Under the pieces are notes generated by a model, which was not told where the DNA came from, did not search any database, and worked only from the letters and a program-made list of their open reading frames with translations. 64,000 nucleotides of DNA from a virus. This document shows, piece by piece, positions 27,422-36,969 of the stretch. The stretch lies in IMG/VR virus record IMGVR_UViG_3300050821_018577, positions 96,001 through 160,000 of that record. One strand, 5' to 3'. The first letter of the stretch is position 1. Each line of letters begins with the position of its first letter. The translations under genes were made by a program, and so were the position numbers.

Positions 27422-28522
27422 ATGGCGAATGAAACGACGGCGACCAAGAAGCAGGACGACCCCGTTGTCAGTATCATCCGGGTTGGCAAGCCCAATCTTG
27501 CGGCTCGGTTGCCGAAAGGGATTGACCCTGACCGTTTCATTCTCGGCATCCTCACGGCGATTCAAAAGAGTAAGGCCAATGCCCAGCCCGGCAAGAGCTT
27601 GGCGGATTGCGACCCGAACAGTGTGTTGCTAGCCGCTTACGATGCCGCCGAAATCGGTTGCAGCCTAAGTCCTGCCCTCCAACTTGGATGGATCATTCCT
27701 TACGGCAAGGAAGCACAATTCCAGCCGTCCTACCGGTTCTTTATCCAGAAGGCTTACGAAACGAAAGAAGTGAAAACGTTCTACGCCGAAGTGGTTTATG
27801 CTGGCGACAAGATTGAGCGCCAATTCGCGCCCAAGAGGAATCTGTTTCATGCGATAGGTGACGGCGAACGTTCCAAGAACACAGCGATTGGCGCTTATGC
27901 CTTCATTCAATTCAATGACGATACTGTCGATTGGGAATATATGACCGCCGAGCAGATTGGTCGGCATCAAAAACATTCCAAACAGCCAAATAGTTTGATG
28001 TGGACCACCTTCTGGGAAGAGGCTTGGCGGAAGACTACTGTGCGCGTATTGGCAAAACGTTTACCGCTCAAGAATCGCGACCTTGAAGGATTGGTCGAAA
28101 TGGTCAATCGAGACGCCGAGCGCGACCTGACTATCGATATCGACAAAATCGTTGAACCATCCATCCCGCGCCGGATGTCGGAAACAGAGAAGCCGGCAGA
28201 AAAAACGGCTGCGGCCGAGTCCAACCAGCCAGTCGACGAAAAACCCAAAGAGGATCAAGGCAAGACCGCAGAGGCTGCCGCCGCACCTGCGTCTGCAGCC
28301 GGCGCACCCGCAGCTGGCTCTATGTTCGATGACGACAAAGACCCTTACGCGACGCCAGCGGCAATTTCCGAATTTTGGGATAAGGTGTTTGCCGCCAACT
28401 GGAAGAAAAACGATGTGATGGAATTTCTCAAGAAAACCTTCGACGTGACGGCGGTGAAAGACCTGCGAGTATCTCAACTTAACAGCGCCGCAGAGGCTAT
28501 GGTCAAAGAGAAGAAGAAGTAG
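27422..28522 (+). CDS. recT: RecT family single-strand annealing protein
   Basis: LADCDPNSVLLAAYDAAEIG.SL..LGWIIPYG..QFQPSYR..W.TFWEEAWRKT..R.LAK.LP. Confidence 0.85.
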   Translation: MANETTATKKQDDPVVSIIRVGKPNLAARLPKGIDPDRFILGILTAIQKSKANAQPGKSLADCDPNSVLLAAYDAAEIGCSLSPALQLGWIIPYGKEAQFQPSYRFFIQKAYETKEVKTFYAEVVYAGDKIERQFAPKRNLFHAIGDGERSKNTAIGAYAFIQFNDDTVDWEYMTAEQIGRHQKHSKQPNSLMWTTFWEEAWRKTTVRVLAKRLPLKNRDLEGLVEMVNRDAERDLTIDIDKIVEPSIPRRMSETEKPAEKTAAAESNQPVDEKPKEDQGKTAEAAAAPASAAGAPAAGSMFDDDKDPYATPAAISEFWDKVFAANWKKNDVMEFLKKTFDVTAVKDLRVSQLNSAAEAMVKEKKK

Positions 28523-29190
28523 TGCTCCCGCGCGGTTGCAGCTTCGTTGAGTCGACGCACGCGTACACGATGGAAGGCCGCTCCGTCCCGTCGTGCACAA
28601 GAATTTTAGACCATGCCGGACTCGTTTCCTACGACATGGTTAGAAAAGATATTTTGGAGAGGAAGTCCACCATCGGAACCCTAGTTCATCAGGCGACGCA
28701 TTATTACGACGATGGGGATTTGGATTGGTCTTCTTTCAAGGAAGATAATCCGGCCGACCAGGAGACCAAAGGCCGCGTCGAGGCCTGGGCCAACTTCCGC
28801 TCCGATACCGGTTTCGTTCCACGGCTTAAAGAAGAACGCTACATGGCCATGCTCAACGGCATGACATACGGATTGACGGTCGACCGCGAAGGTTTGATGC
28901 ATGGACAGGAAGCCATCATCGAAATCAAGAACGCGGCAACAAAAGAGGACTGGTGGGCAATCCAGCTCGCCGGCTATGCGCTCGGCGTGCCGGATGTTGG
29001 TAAGACCGGCCGTTCGCCACGCGCGCTTTTCGCCCGTCGGCGCCGTATGGCCGTACAGCTTTTCCCGGACGGTCGTTATAAGAAATACGATTTCGTCGAC
29101 CCGCAGGATGCCGAAGTGTTCATCTCGACTCTTCACATCACCACCTGGAAATTAAACAAGGGCAGTGAATTGCGGAAGATAGAGGAATAA
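28522..29190 (+). CDS. PD-(D/E)XK exonuclease (RecE/Cas4-like partner of RecT)
   Basis: VPSCTRIL, IGTLVH, GLTVDR..IIEIK..QLAGY. Confidence 0.75.
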   Translation: MLPRGCSFVESTHAYTMEGRSVPSCTRILDHAGLVSYDMVRKDILERKSTIGTLVHQATHYYDDGDLDWSSFKEDNPADQETKGRVEAWANFRSDTGFVPRLKEERYMAMLNGMTYGLTVDREGLMHGQEAIIEIKNAATKEDWWAIQLAGYALGVPDVGKTGRSPRALFARRRRMAVQLFPDGRYKKYDFVDPQDAEVFISTLHITTWKLNKGSELRKIEE

Positions 29191-29191
29191 C

Positions 29192-29890
29192 ATGGCCACC
29201 CAAATGCCAGTGGTAGTGCTCGACCGCAAGAAAATCGAAGAGATACAGACGAGCGTACCGCAATTATTGATACAGGCCCAAGAGCTCACGGTGGAGAACG
29301 TGGAGGATTTCGTGGCCGCTGGTAGCCTGTTGAATGTCATCGATGCGCGCAAAAAAAGCATATTCGAGTTTTTTGAGGAGCCGGCGAAACAGGCAAACAA
29401 CGTCCACAAATTCATTACCTCGCTGCGCACCACACTGGTCTCACCGCTGCTTAAAGCAGAAACACTTATGAAGGACCGGCGCCGCTACTTTCGCGCCGAA
29501 GAGGAGCGCAAGCGGCTGGAAAAAGAAGAAGCGGAACGCCAAGCCGCCAAAGCAGAACAGGAACAGAGAGCCTTGCAGCATGCTGCGGAGATGGAATCGA
29601 TCGGGGAACACGAAGCCGCCGATTTCATCATTGACCAAGCGGCGGCCGCGCCGCCGCCGCCCGTGGTTGTCCCGAGCACGATTCCGAAAGAGCAAGGCCA
29701 TTCCTTTCGCAAGGTCTGGAAATTCCGAGTCACCAATCCAGCCCTTCACAAAAAGGAGTTTTTGATTCTGGATGAATCCAAGGCGCAAGCTATCGTTTCT
29801 AAGCTCGGGCCGGATGCTGCGGCGATTGTCGGCGGGATCGAAGTTTACTCCGAAGAGCAGGAAATTGTGCGAGGGAGAAAGAATGGCTGA
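29192..29890 (+). CDS. conserved phage coiled-coil protein (Gam-like neighbour of RecT)
   Basis: Coiled coil, Pro linker, WKFRVTNP..GGIEVY. Confidence 0.5.
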   Translation: MATQMPVVVLDRKKIEEIQTSVPQLLIQAQELTVENVEDFVAAGSLLNVIDARKKSIFEFFEEPAKQANNVHKFITSLRTTLVSPLLKAETLMKDRRRYFRAEEERKRLEKEEAERQAAKAEQEQRALQHAAEMESIGEHEAADFIIDQAAAAPPPPVVVPSTIPKEQGHSFRKVWKFRVTNPALHKKEFLILDESKAQAIVSKLGPDAAAIVGGIEVYSEEQEIVRGRKNG

Positions 29891-30251
29891 GGAACGCTGT
29901 CCAGAATGCTTAGGCCATCGCGGGCTTCCTAGAATGCTCCACGACAGGGATGAGCCGCGGGAATGCGCCAATGAATTTCATAAGACGTTGGCGCCTGTCA
30001 TAGAAATGCCTTTGTCCGTGACAGAACCTACAACGGAGCCAGTGCCATCCGCGCAGCCGCCTGGCACCAAACCAATCTGCCCTTATTGTAGCTGCGAGGG
30101 TAAAGTTGTTGGTTCGATGACGACGCTTGGGTCGGCGGCAGCATCTTTCAAGGTCATGGCTGTTTATTGCGCCAGTTGCCACAAGTATCTAGGGTTCTTC
30201 CAGCCACTGAGTTTGGAAATGATGCCACCGCCAACACCGGGAGTACATTGA
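29883..30251 (+). CDS. Zn-finger hypothetical protein
   Basis: CPEC, CPYC and CASC motifs. Confidence 0.5.
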   Translation: MAEERCPECLGHRGLPRMLHDRDEPRECANEFHKTLAPVIEMPLSVTEPTTEPVPSAQPPGTKPICPYCSCEGKVVGSMTTLGSAAASFKVMAVYCASCHKYLGFFQPLSLEMMPPPTPGVH

Positions 30252-30913
30252 TGGCCGTAAAAGGTAAGACGTTTGATGGGCCGTTGGACCCTGTAGAAGA
30301 TTTCAACCAGCCGACAACTGTGCCGGGATCTCCTGCCTCGGAGCAGATAGGCAAATCGATTGAAGAACAAGCGCAGGACTTTGCGGACAAAGTCGCCGGC
30401 CCGCGTGAGCCGGAACAGCAAATGCTTCCAGGTGTCGAGTCGGTTCCCGACACTCCGCAATTCATTCGCAACAAGCAAATGTTCGCGGATTTTGTCGAGG
30501 CAGTCCTGGCGCGCGATAAGGATGATGGACCGCTCCTGAAACTCAAGTTTTCCTTTATGCTCACGCCGGAACATGAAGCCTATCTCCCGGGAGAAGTTGT
30601 CGGCGCATGGAGGATCGTGAAGATGGGAGGCTGTAAGCGATACGACATCATCGACATGCCGCCGCAGACTATCACTATCAACGAGGTTCCAGACGACGAG
30701 GAAGTAACGGACGTCAAAATCGTGAGCGCGGTAATTGAAAAGCCGTCGCTACAGTTCATCGAGGAATCTGGCAGCGGCAAGAATAAATCCGGTATTCGCT
30801 TCTCGTTTACGGCGGTCACCGGCCGCGATGATGACCCCATGGAATTTGCTATTCAGCACGATGGCGATGGCGTGTGGATCACGCTCGCAGCAACGGAGCC
30901 TAAACTTTTATGA
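30251..30913 (+). CDS. hypothetical acidic protein
   Basis: GGAG RBS; TGATG coupling to upstream gene. Confidence 0.5.
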   Translation: MAVKGKTFDGPLDPVEDFNQPTTVPGSPASEQIGKSIEEQAQDFADKVAGPREPEQQMLPGVESVPDTPQFIRNKQMFADFVEAVLARDKDDGPLLKLKFSFMLTPEHEAYLPGEVVGAWRIVKMGGCKRYDIIDMPPQTITINEVPDDEEVTDVKIVSAVIEKPSLQFIEESGSGKNKSGIRFSFTAVTGRDDDPMEFAIQHDGDGVWITLAATEPKLL

Positions 30914-31074
30914 AGAGCGAGCCCAGTTTCGTAACAACTCACACCTGGACGTCGGCCTACAGGCTGGCGAAATGCGAATGCGGAAAGCAAACAACGGGCA
31001 TCCTGAAAAATTTGGCAACCGGAAAGAAGAGGCCGTTCTGCTCGGAGTGTGCTTTTAAAAAAGGGTTTCGATGA
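30910..31074 (+). CDS. small Zn-finger protein (not in ORF track)
   Basis: ATGA overlap; MKSEPS..KCECG..FCSEC..FR*; its stop overlaps the next ATG. Confidence 0.45.
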   Translation: MKSEPSFVTTHTWTSAYRLAKCECGKQTTGILKNLATGKKRPFCSECAFKKGFR

Positions 31075-31289
31075 AAAAGAAGCGTCGCAGATTTTCAGCC
31101 ATGCGGTTTCGCAAAAACGACCCGGGCCACAACGTCTTGGTTGCAGTGAATCGTTGGGTACGCGCCAACGGTGGAAATCTTGTCGTCATCGGCGGTATCG
31201 AAGTTCAGGATTGGGCCGAAGGATTAGGAAAATTCAAAGTTGCAATTCCGTGCTTGGGCAAGAAACCAGTCAAGAAGGAGGGAGAATGA
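31071..31289 (+). CDS. hypothetical protein
   Basis: ATGA-coupled ORF. Confidence 0.45.
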   Translation: MKKKRRRFSAMRFRKNDPGHNVLVAVNRWVRANGGNLVVIGGIEVQDWAEGLGKFKVAIPCLGKKPVKKEGE

Positions 31290-31951
31290 AAATTGAACCA
31301 TATCCGTTGACCTGGCCCGAAGGTTGGCCACGAACACTGCTTCGGGACCGCCAGAAAAACGGCCAATGGAAAGACACGCTACTGCAAAGCCTCGATAAAC
31401 TCAGGAAGGAAATGGCAAAAATGAAGTCGTTGTCATTTGTAATTTCCTGCAACATCCCGCCGAGCGGTCCAGTAGTGGATGACGCTACCGGAAAACCATT
31501 GAACTACAAATTCCAGGACGTGCCCGCACCCGCGGATACCGGAGTCGCGGTGTGGTTTTCGCGCCAGCAAAAGGATGACTACTCCTGGCAAGAAACCCTG
31601 CACATCCCATCCCCGGCTCCGTCCGAGAAGGAAATATGGGATGCCTTCAAAAAATATGCCGCGCAGTACCACCCCGACAATCTACGCACTGGCGATGTCA
31701 ACATCTACATGCGCTACGACGAAGCAAAAAAAAGAGCGTTACGCTTCATCGCCCGCAAGACCGGAGCCGAGTTTCAGCAGTGCGTGGCAATCGATGTCTT
31801 TGAAGAAGTAAAGTGGAACCTGCGCGCCGTGCAGATGTCGCTCGGTTATATGCGCGGGTTAGAGAACTGCGGAGGAGCGGCGATCCTCGAGCGCGCCATG
31901 GAATCTTTTATCGCCATCCCGGAGAAAGCCAGTGCCACATCCACAACTTGA
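31286..31951 (+). CDS. phage J-domain (DnaJ-like) protein
   Basis: YPLTWPEGWPRT N-terminus; FKKYAAQYHPD J-domain. Confidence 0.7.
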   Translation: MKIEPYPLTWPEGWPRTLLRDRQKNGQWKDTLLQSLDKLRKEMAKMKSLSFVISCNIPPSGPVVDDATGKPLNYKFQDVPAPADTGVAVWFSRQQKDDYSWQETLHIPSPAPSEKEIWDAFKKYAAQYHPDNLRTGDVNIYMRYDEAKKRALRFIARKTGAEFQQCVAIDVFEEVKWNLRAVQMSLGYMRGLENCGGAAILERAMESFIAIPEKASATSTT

Positions 31952-32441
31952 AGCTCCCAAAACTCAGCCATCGGTCGAGGAGGTGATTGAGGAGCGCGAT
32001 GACCTACGGAGGCAACTCCGCGGCCTCAAGGAAGAACTCCGCGAAAAAGAGGAGCAACTGGAAGCAGCACGCTCTGGCTCGGTCGCTGCAGTGAAGGCGC
32101 TAAAGAGTCTACGTATCGTGTTAGAACCAATACACAAGGCGCTCAAGATGGTGTTCGGTGAACTGGATGCCGCTGGAATCGAAACCGAGGGCCAATCTGA
32201 ATCTATCTCCTCTTCTCCCGGCACCCGCTCAAATCTCAAGTGGGAATCTTGGAGGCAACGCCTCGGAGGCCGTAAGGCAGAATTTATTGACCTCCTGTTA
32301 GTGCATGGAGAGATGAGTCATAAACAATTGGGGGCAGCGAATCATTGCAGCTACCAAACGTCCGTGGATACCATTGCGGCCTTGAATAAGGCTGGGATCA
32401 TCCACAAAAGCGGTGGTAAGTTTTCCCTGAAAGATTTATAA
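31932..32441 (+). CDS. coiled-coil protein with C-terminal winged-helix-like domain
   Basis: Heptad N-terminus; FIDLLLVHGEMSHKQLG..LNKAGIIHK. Confidence 0.5.
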   Translation: MPHPQLEAPKTQPSVEEVIEERDDLRRQLRGLKEELREKEEQLEAARSGSVAAVKALKSLRIVLEPIHKALKMVFGELDAAGIETEGQSESISSSPGTRSNLKWESWRQRLGGRKAEFIDLLLVHGEMSHKQLGAANHCSYQTSVDTIAALNKAGIIHKSGGKFSLKDL

Positions 32442-32590
32442 GCCTCATGGATTCATAGGATTAAAAGTGTTCCGCGGGAAGAAGTGGCTAAAGAAAAGGA
32501 AAACGGTCGAGCAGATAATACACATTCGTTCCGAGGCGTCCAAGAAGGGCTGGCGGACACGAAAGCGGATGATTACAGCCAGGAGAAACA

Positions 32591-32872
32591 ATGGAACTAG
32601 AAATCCTTCATAACATGCAGGGCGACAAAAAGCGTGCGTTTGACACCACGACGCCGGAAGGGCGTCGGCAGACCCAGGCCGGCATCCGGAAGATGATTCG
32701 CGAAGGCACGGCGGTCTTCCTGGAACGCGGAAAGAAAACCTATCGCGTAACCGGTTTCGACGACGCCAAGAATCGATTGCTCGTTCGGGTCGAGGCGCGG
32801 GGCAAAGAGGCTGTGCGTGCTCATCCGGAGAAAGGCCGAAAGACTGCTGTGCCGCCTAGGGCCGGAGGCTGA
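32591..32872 (+). CDS. small protein ending in -AGG (ubiquitin/ThiS-like tail)
   Basis: AGGAG RBS; C-terminus AVPPRAGG*. Confidence 0.6.
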   Translation: MELEILHNMQGDKKRAFDTTTPEGRRQTQAGIRKMIREGTAVFLERGKKTYRVTGFDDAKNRLLVRVEARGKEAVRAHPEKGRKTAVPPRAGG

Positions 32873-32874
32873 CC

Positions 32875-33243
32875 GTGCGACCAGCATCCGAAAGACGGAG
32901 AGCTCGCCATCCCACCAAGATGTTGAAGAATATGCAGCGTCTCGGAATCGATGGCGACCGCAGAAGTGATGTAGTGGACCCAATGCCGCTGATGGTCCGT
33001 TACTTGGATGGCAAGCCCGCCTTGACGAATGACGAACGTGAAATCTTACTGTTTGCACTTTACATGGAGAGCATTAAGAAAAAAAACGGACTGGCTTCCA
33101 AAGCTCTAAAGCAATTAAAAAAAGGGACATCGTGGCTGAGAATATCGAAGAACTCCGGCAAGAAGTTGCAGAGAGCCAGAAGTTTGACGTGGACGCTTTT
33201 CAATTCCCACCGAACGTCCCGCTCGCGCTACAGGAAGAACTGA
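32875..33243 (+). CDS. hypothetical protein
   Basis: ORF directly after the GG protein; overlaps the next gene. Confidence 0.35.
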   Translation: MRPASERRRARHPTKMLKNMQRLGIDGDRRSDVVDPMPLMVRYLDGKPALTNDEREILLFALYMESIKKKNGLASKALKQLKKGTSWLRISKNSGKKLQRARSLTWTLFNSHRTSRSRYRKN

Positions 33244-34037
33244 AAAGAGATTTCAAATTCTCCCAAGAAGTACAACGCATGGTTTTGGACCTCGCCGAAA
33301 AAATACACACCGGCGAGAACACGATGACTTGGGAAGATTTGCAGAATGCCATCAATCAACTGGCCCTAGAGAAACTTGGGACCGAATACGGATTACCACT
33401 GCCTTCCATGTATGCGATGAACAGACAGATGGTGATGGCCAAAGGCGTTCCGCTTCGCCACGTTATCGAACGGCCGGCCAGAACGGAATTGGAAGAAAGC
33501 CTCGCTGGCAAAATCAAGGTTCGTAATTCCTGGAGTAAACTCGGCGACGCAGAAATCGCTATCGTCGAAACGGAGGAAGGCCCATTTGCTTTCCCGCGCT
33601 ACCACGCCGGCTGGCGCTTGCAAAAACTTCTCGATACCTCTTTTCTTCGTTCCGGAACGTCACAAACCGCCGAGGCTGAACTGCGCGCAATGGAATCGCT
33701 TAAACAGCGAATCAATAATCGCCAATGGGAATCGTACATCCTGAGCGGAATTTTCCCAGAAAAATCGGAGAGGTCGGACATCCATTATTTTTTTCGCAAA
33801 GGCTATCCCACAATCGCTGCCAGCTATCACGAGGGAATCAAACCAGGTTATGACCAGGGCCATATACTCGCTTGTTTGTGTCTCCATCCAATTGGCTACT
33901 ACCAGGGCTCCTACTGCGGCATGATGTGCCCGACCGACGAAGTGATTTGCCATCTCCTTCTTATGAGGTCAGACGAACGCAAGTATTGGAGTCAATGCGG
34001 TCAATGGTCCGCATCTGACCCACGCAGCGGCATATGA
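33132..34037 (+). CDS. conserved phage protein with CxHPIGYY..CPTD..HLL motif
   Basis: AAAGGG RBS; Cys/His-rich C-terminal motif. Confidence 0.6.
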   Translation: MAENIEELRQEVAESQKFDVDAFQFPPNVPLALQEELKRDFKFSQEVQRMVLDLAEKIHTGENTMTWEDLQNAINQLALEKLGTEYGLPLPSMYAMNRQMVMAKGVPLRHVIERPARTELEESLAGKIKVRNSWSKLGDAEIAIVETEEGPFAFPRYHAGWRLQKLLDTSFLRSGTSQTAEAELRAMESLKQRINNRQWESYILSGIFPEKSERSDIHYFFRKGYPTIAASYHEGIKPGYDQGHILACLCLHPIGYYQGSYCGMMCPTDEVICHLLLMRSDERKYWSQCGQWSASDPRSGI

Positions 34038-34261
34038 GAGAAAAACTTCTACAGTTCCTCAGAATGCTTGAGCGTGCCATGGTTCCGCCGGTCGGCTGCC
34101 ACCATTCGCTTACGTACAGCCTGTATGAAGGCGAAGAATTTTTGTGTCTGCAAGTGTGGATGCCTGGACCGCGCACATTTTTTCTCGTTGACGGCGACCT
34201 GGAAAGACCAGCCGAGGATCTCGTTTCGGAAATCCTAGAACTGTGCAAGGAGCCGGCATGA
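34034..34261 (+). CDS. hypothetical protein
   Basis: ATGA-coupled ORF. Confidence 0.45.
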   Translation: MREKLLQFLRMLERAMVPPVGCHHSLTYSLYEGEEFLCLQVWMPGPRTFFLVDGDLERPAEDLVSEILELCKEPA

Positions 34262-34461
34262 GCGAAGAACGAGACTTTTCTGTATATGTGACGGAGCAAT
34301 TTTCATTACCAGAAGGCGTAATTTATATGCACTGGCCTGACCGAATGAGCGAGGAAAGTTTCAAGGATGTTCGCAAATGGCTAAAGCTCATTGAGCGAAA
34401 AATGAAACGGCGAAGCCTTATGGAAACATTCGTGGAAAAGGTAAGTCATGCAGAGCGATAA
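34258..34461 (+). CDS. hypothetical protein
   Basis: ATGA-coupled; GGAG RBS. Confidence 0.45.
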   Translation: MSEERDFSVYVTEQFSLPEGVIYMHWPDRMSEESFKDVRKWLKLIERKMKRRSLMETFVEKVSHAER

Positions 34462-35002
34462 GTCAACATTTCCTGTTGGCGTCTCCATTTTGCTCGTCAA
34501 TCGAGATGGCCGCGTAGCCCTCGGATGGCGACCGGTGAACATACCGGCTGGCGGATTCCTGTCAACGCCTGGTGGACGGATCGAAGAAACCGAACATCTC
34601 GAAGAGACGGCGGCGCGAGAGCTCGAGGAAGAAACTGGCGTGCAACTCTTGCCGACACAGTTCAAGATTCTTGGATTCAAAGAACATTTCCGGTTCACTG
34701 GCCACTACTTCATGATTTATGTTGCCGCCTACTACGATGGACAACTCAAACTCAAAGAGCCCGATAAATGTCTCGGATGGGATTGGTGGAAACTAGAAGA
34801 GATTCCGGCTGACCGTTGCACGGAACCACCTGACATCCTCGCCATGCTTGCCAAACCGGTAGAGACTGCAACGTTACTGGATTTTATACAGGAATCTATC
34901 GCGGTATTTCGGAAACAGCCTGATGGCACGCTGACGTGTAAAGCATGCGCCGACTTGTTGGATAGGATCATCGGTCGCGCGCGCCAAGCTGAAAGTATAT
35001 GA
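34448..35002 (+). CDS. Nudix hydrolase
   Basis: Complete Nudix box GGRIEETEHLEETAARELEEETGV. Confidence 0.9.
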   Translation: MQSDKSTFPVGVSILLVNRDGRVALGWRPVNIPAGGFLSTPGGRIEETEHLEETAARELEEETGVQLLPTQFKILGFKEHFRFTGHYFMIYVAAYYDGQLKLKEPDKCLGWDWWKLEEIPADRCTEPPDILAMLAKPVETATLLDFIQESIAVFRKQPDGTLTCKACADLLDRIIGRARQAESI

Positions 35003-35379
35003 AAACCTACGAAGTGACGCGGAGCACGTCCGGGCAAATCGGCGTGCTCGTTCATCATCACGAAAACAGGATTCGCAACGCCACACTGCTCAAGCATTGC
35101 GTGCTGCATTCGCCTGACGGCTTCGAGACGGGATATTCAGGGTCCGGCCCGAGCGATTTAGCGGTATCGATTCTCGCCGACCATTTCGGCGTTGCTCCTG
35201 AACGCATCGAACGAGTCTATAAACAATCGTGGGGCGTTAGCGACAATCTTGCCGGCAAAGTGTTTCATCTCCATCATCATTTCAAGGCACATTTCATCGC
35301 GCCGCGAAAATTAGAAAAAGGCGAATCCTATCAAATTTCTGGTGACGATATTGCTGCCTGGATTAGCGACCAACAATGA
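34999..35379 (+). CDS. DUF6166-like protein
   Basis: HSPDGFETGYSGSGPSDLA.SILAD motif (family assignment from memory). Confidence 0.6.
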   Translation: MKTYEVTRSTSGQIGVLVHHHENRIRNATLLKHCVLHSPDGFETGYSGSGPSDLAVSILADHFGVAPERIERVYKQSWGVSDNLAGKVFHLHHHFKAHFIAPRKLEKGESYQISGDDIAAWISDQQ

Positions 35380-36149
35380 CATCCTTTGCAATCAAAAATA
35401 TGAGCCCGACAATCGTTTGTGCGGACTGCGGCAATGAAGCACAGAGGACTGGTCCTCGCCAAAAATATTGCAAGTCATGTTCAGATACGAGAAATGAAAA
35501 ACGCCAAACTAAATGGGCAAGAGAACATCGGCCTTCTAAAGAACAGATGAATGCACGGACTGCAGCTCTCGCACCAGAAATTCGCAATCGCGGTCTTGAA
35601 GAGAATAGGAAAAACGCTACAGGGTCCTGGACACCACAACAGCCAGAGCTCGCCTGGGTTGTGCGAGTAGCTATTCCATTCGACCCTGCGTTTTCAAAAA
35701 ATCGTGTTTATTCCAATAATGGCAAAGGACACGTTTCTTTGCGAGATGAAGCGCGCAGAGCTCGCGAGTCTCTCATGTGGACGTTAAAAGAAGCTCTCCG
35801 TGGAGTACAAATCGCACAGCGCAAGACGTGGCTGGATATTTTTGTCCAGAAACCACACCATCTCGGTGACGCTATAAATTTTATCGATAACGTGTGTGAT
35901 GCCGTAAAGGATTCGATTGGAGTAGACGACAGATGGTTTTCGATTCGAATGCTTGATTGGGAAATTGTCTATGAAAACCCAAGAATCTTTGTTGGTATCG
36001 GTCAAGAATCTAACGTAGCGACCAGAATTTGTTCGACATGTGGACAACCGCGTACTTTTGAAGAATTTACGCGGAATGCGCATGACAAACTATTTGGTAC
36101 AAGCAGAATATGTAAGATTTGCATGAACAGTCCTAATGCACGCACTTGA
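35376..36149 (+). CDS. RusA-like Holliday junction resolvase with flanking Zn fingers
   Basis: DAINFIDNVCDAV..DDRW acidic motif; CxxC pairs at both ends. Confidence 0.6.
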   Translation: MTSFAIKNMSPTIVCADCGNEAQRTGPRQKYCKSCSDTRNEKRQTKWAREHRPSKEQMNARTAALAPEIRNRGLEENRKNATGSWTPQQPELAWVVRVAIPFDPAFSKNRVYSNNGKGHVSLRDEARRARESLMWTLKEALRGVQIAQRKTWLDIFVQKPHHLGDAINFIDNVCDAVKDSIGVDDRWFSIRMLDWEIVYENPRIFVGIGQESNVATRICSTCGQPRTFEEFTRNAHDKLFGTSRICKICMNSPNART

Positions 36150-36257
36150 GCCGGCTGTAGAGATTCTGGTATGGGAATTACCAAAAAAGGACTATGATGG
36201 CAACGCCCAGAGCGGAACCCCTATTACACCGGCCATGGCAAGACCAAAGGAGAAACC

Positions 36258-36884
36258 ATGATTCTAATGAACCGCCGAAAGATGTTACTTGCGACTGGCA
36301 CGGGTGGACTCGCGCTCGCGACAGTCGGACTTAGTGAAGGATGCAACGCGAGCAGTTGGATCACGACAGCTATCAATGACCTTCCGACGATTCTTTCCAT
36401 CGTGGAAAGCATCATCGGGATCGTTGGCGCGGCACAAGGGTCCGCGGACCCCGCAGCTTTGGCGCTAGCGCAAAAGCTGGCCGGCGAAGCGAACACGGAT
36501 CTGCAAACCCTGCAGGCCATCATCAATGGCTACAACGCCAGCCCGACCAAGACCACCGACCTACAGAAAATCGATGCGCTGCTTCTGTCTGTGCAATCAA
36601 ACCTGGCAGGTGTCGAAGGTGCATTGCACATCACCAGTCCGGCAATTCAAGCAGCCATTTCCGCGGGGATCAGCGCGGCGCTGGTCATCATCGTTGCCTT
36701 GCAGTCGCTCATCCCGCCTCCGGCCGTTCCGGCTCCTGTGCCGGCACCGGCGGGCGCAATACGCCAGAATCGTCACGCGGAGCTCTATGCCGCGGCAAAG
36801 TCTGGCTCGCAAGCTGCGGTCATCAAGGCCGGCTACAACACGGCTTTGGCGGCTGCCGGAGCATCGCAGTTTGCCGTACGGTAA
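36258..36884 (+). CDS. Tat-type signal (possible lipoprotein) helical protein
   Basis: MNRRKMLL..LSEG|C; Ala-rich amphipathic helices. Confidence 0.55.
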   Translation: MILMNRRKMLLATGTGGLALATVGLSEGCNASSWITTAINDLPTILSIVESIIGIVGAAQGSADPAALALAQKLAGEANTDLQTLQAIINGYNASPTKTTDLQKIDALLLSVQSNLAGVEGALHITSPAIQAAISAGISAALVIIVALQSLIPPPAVPAPVPAPAGAIRQNRHAELYAAAKSGSQAAVIKAGYNTALAAAGASQFAVR

Positions 36885-36969
36885 CGAACCTGGGTAAAAA
36901 TTGCGCTAGTTTGCACGCGCCTATCGGGAGCGCGGCCCAATTCCCGAGAGAATTTAATAGGAGGAGCGC

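Noticed and set aside
28522-29190. cas4 / CRISPR adaptation gene
   Set aside because: It sits next to recT, has no Fe-S cysteine cluster and no CRISPR locus; better explained as a recombination exonuclease.
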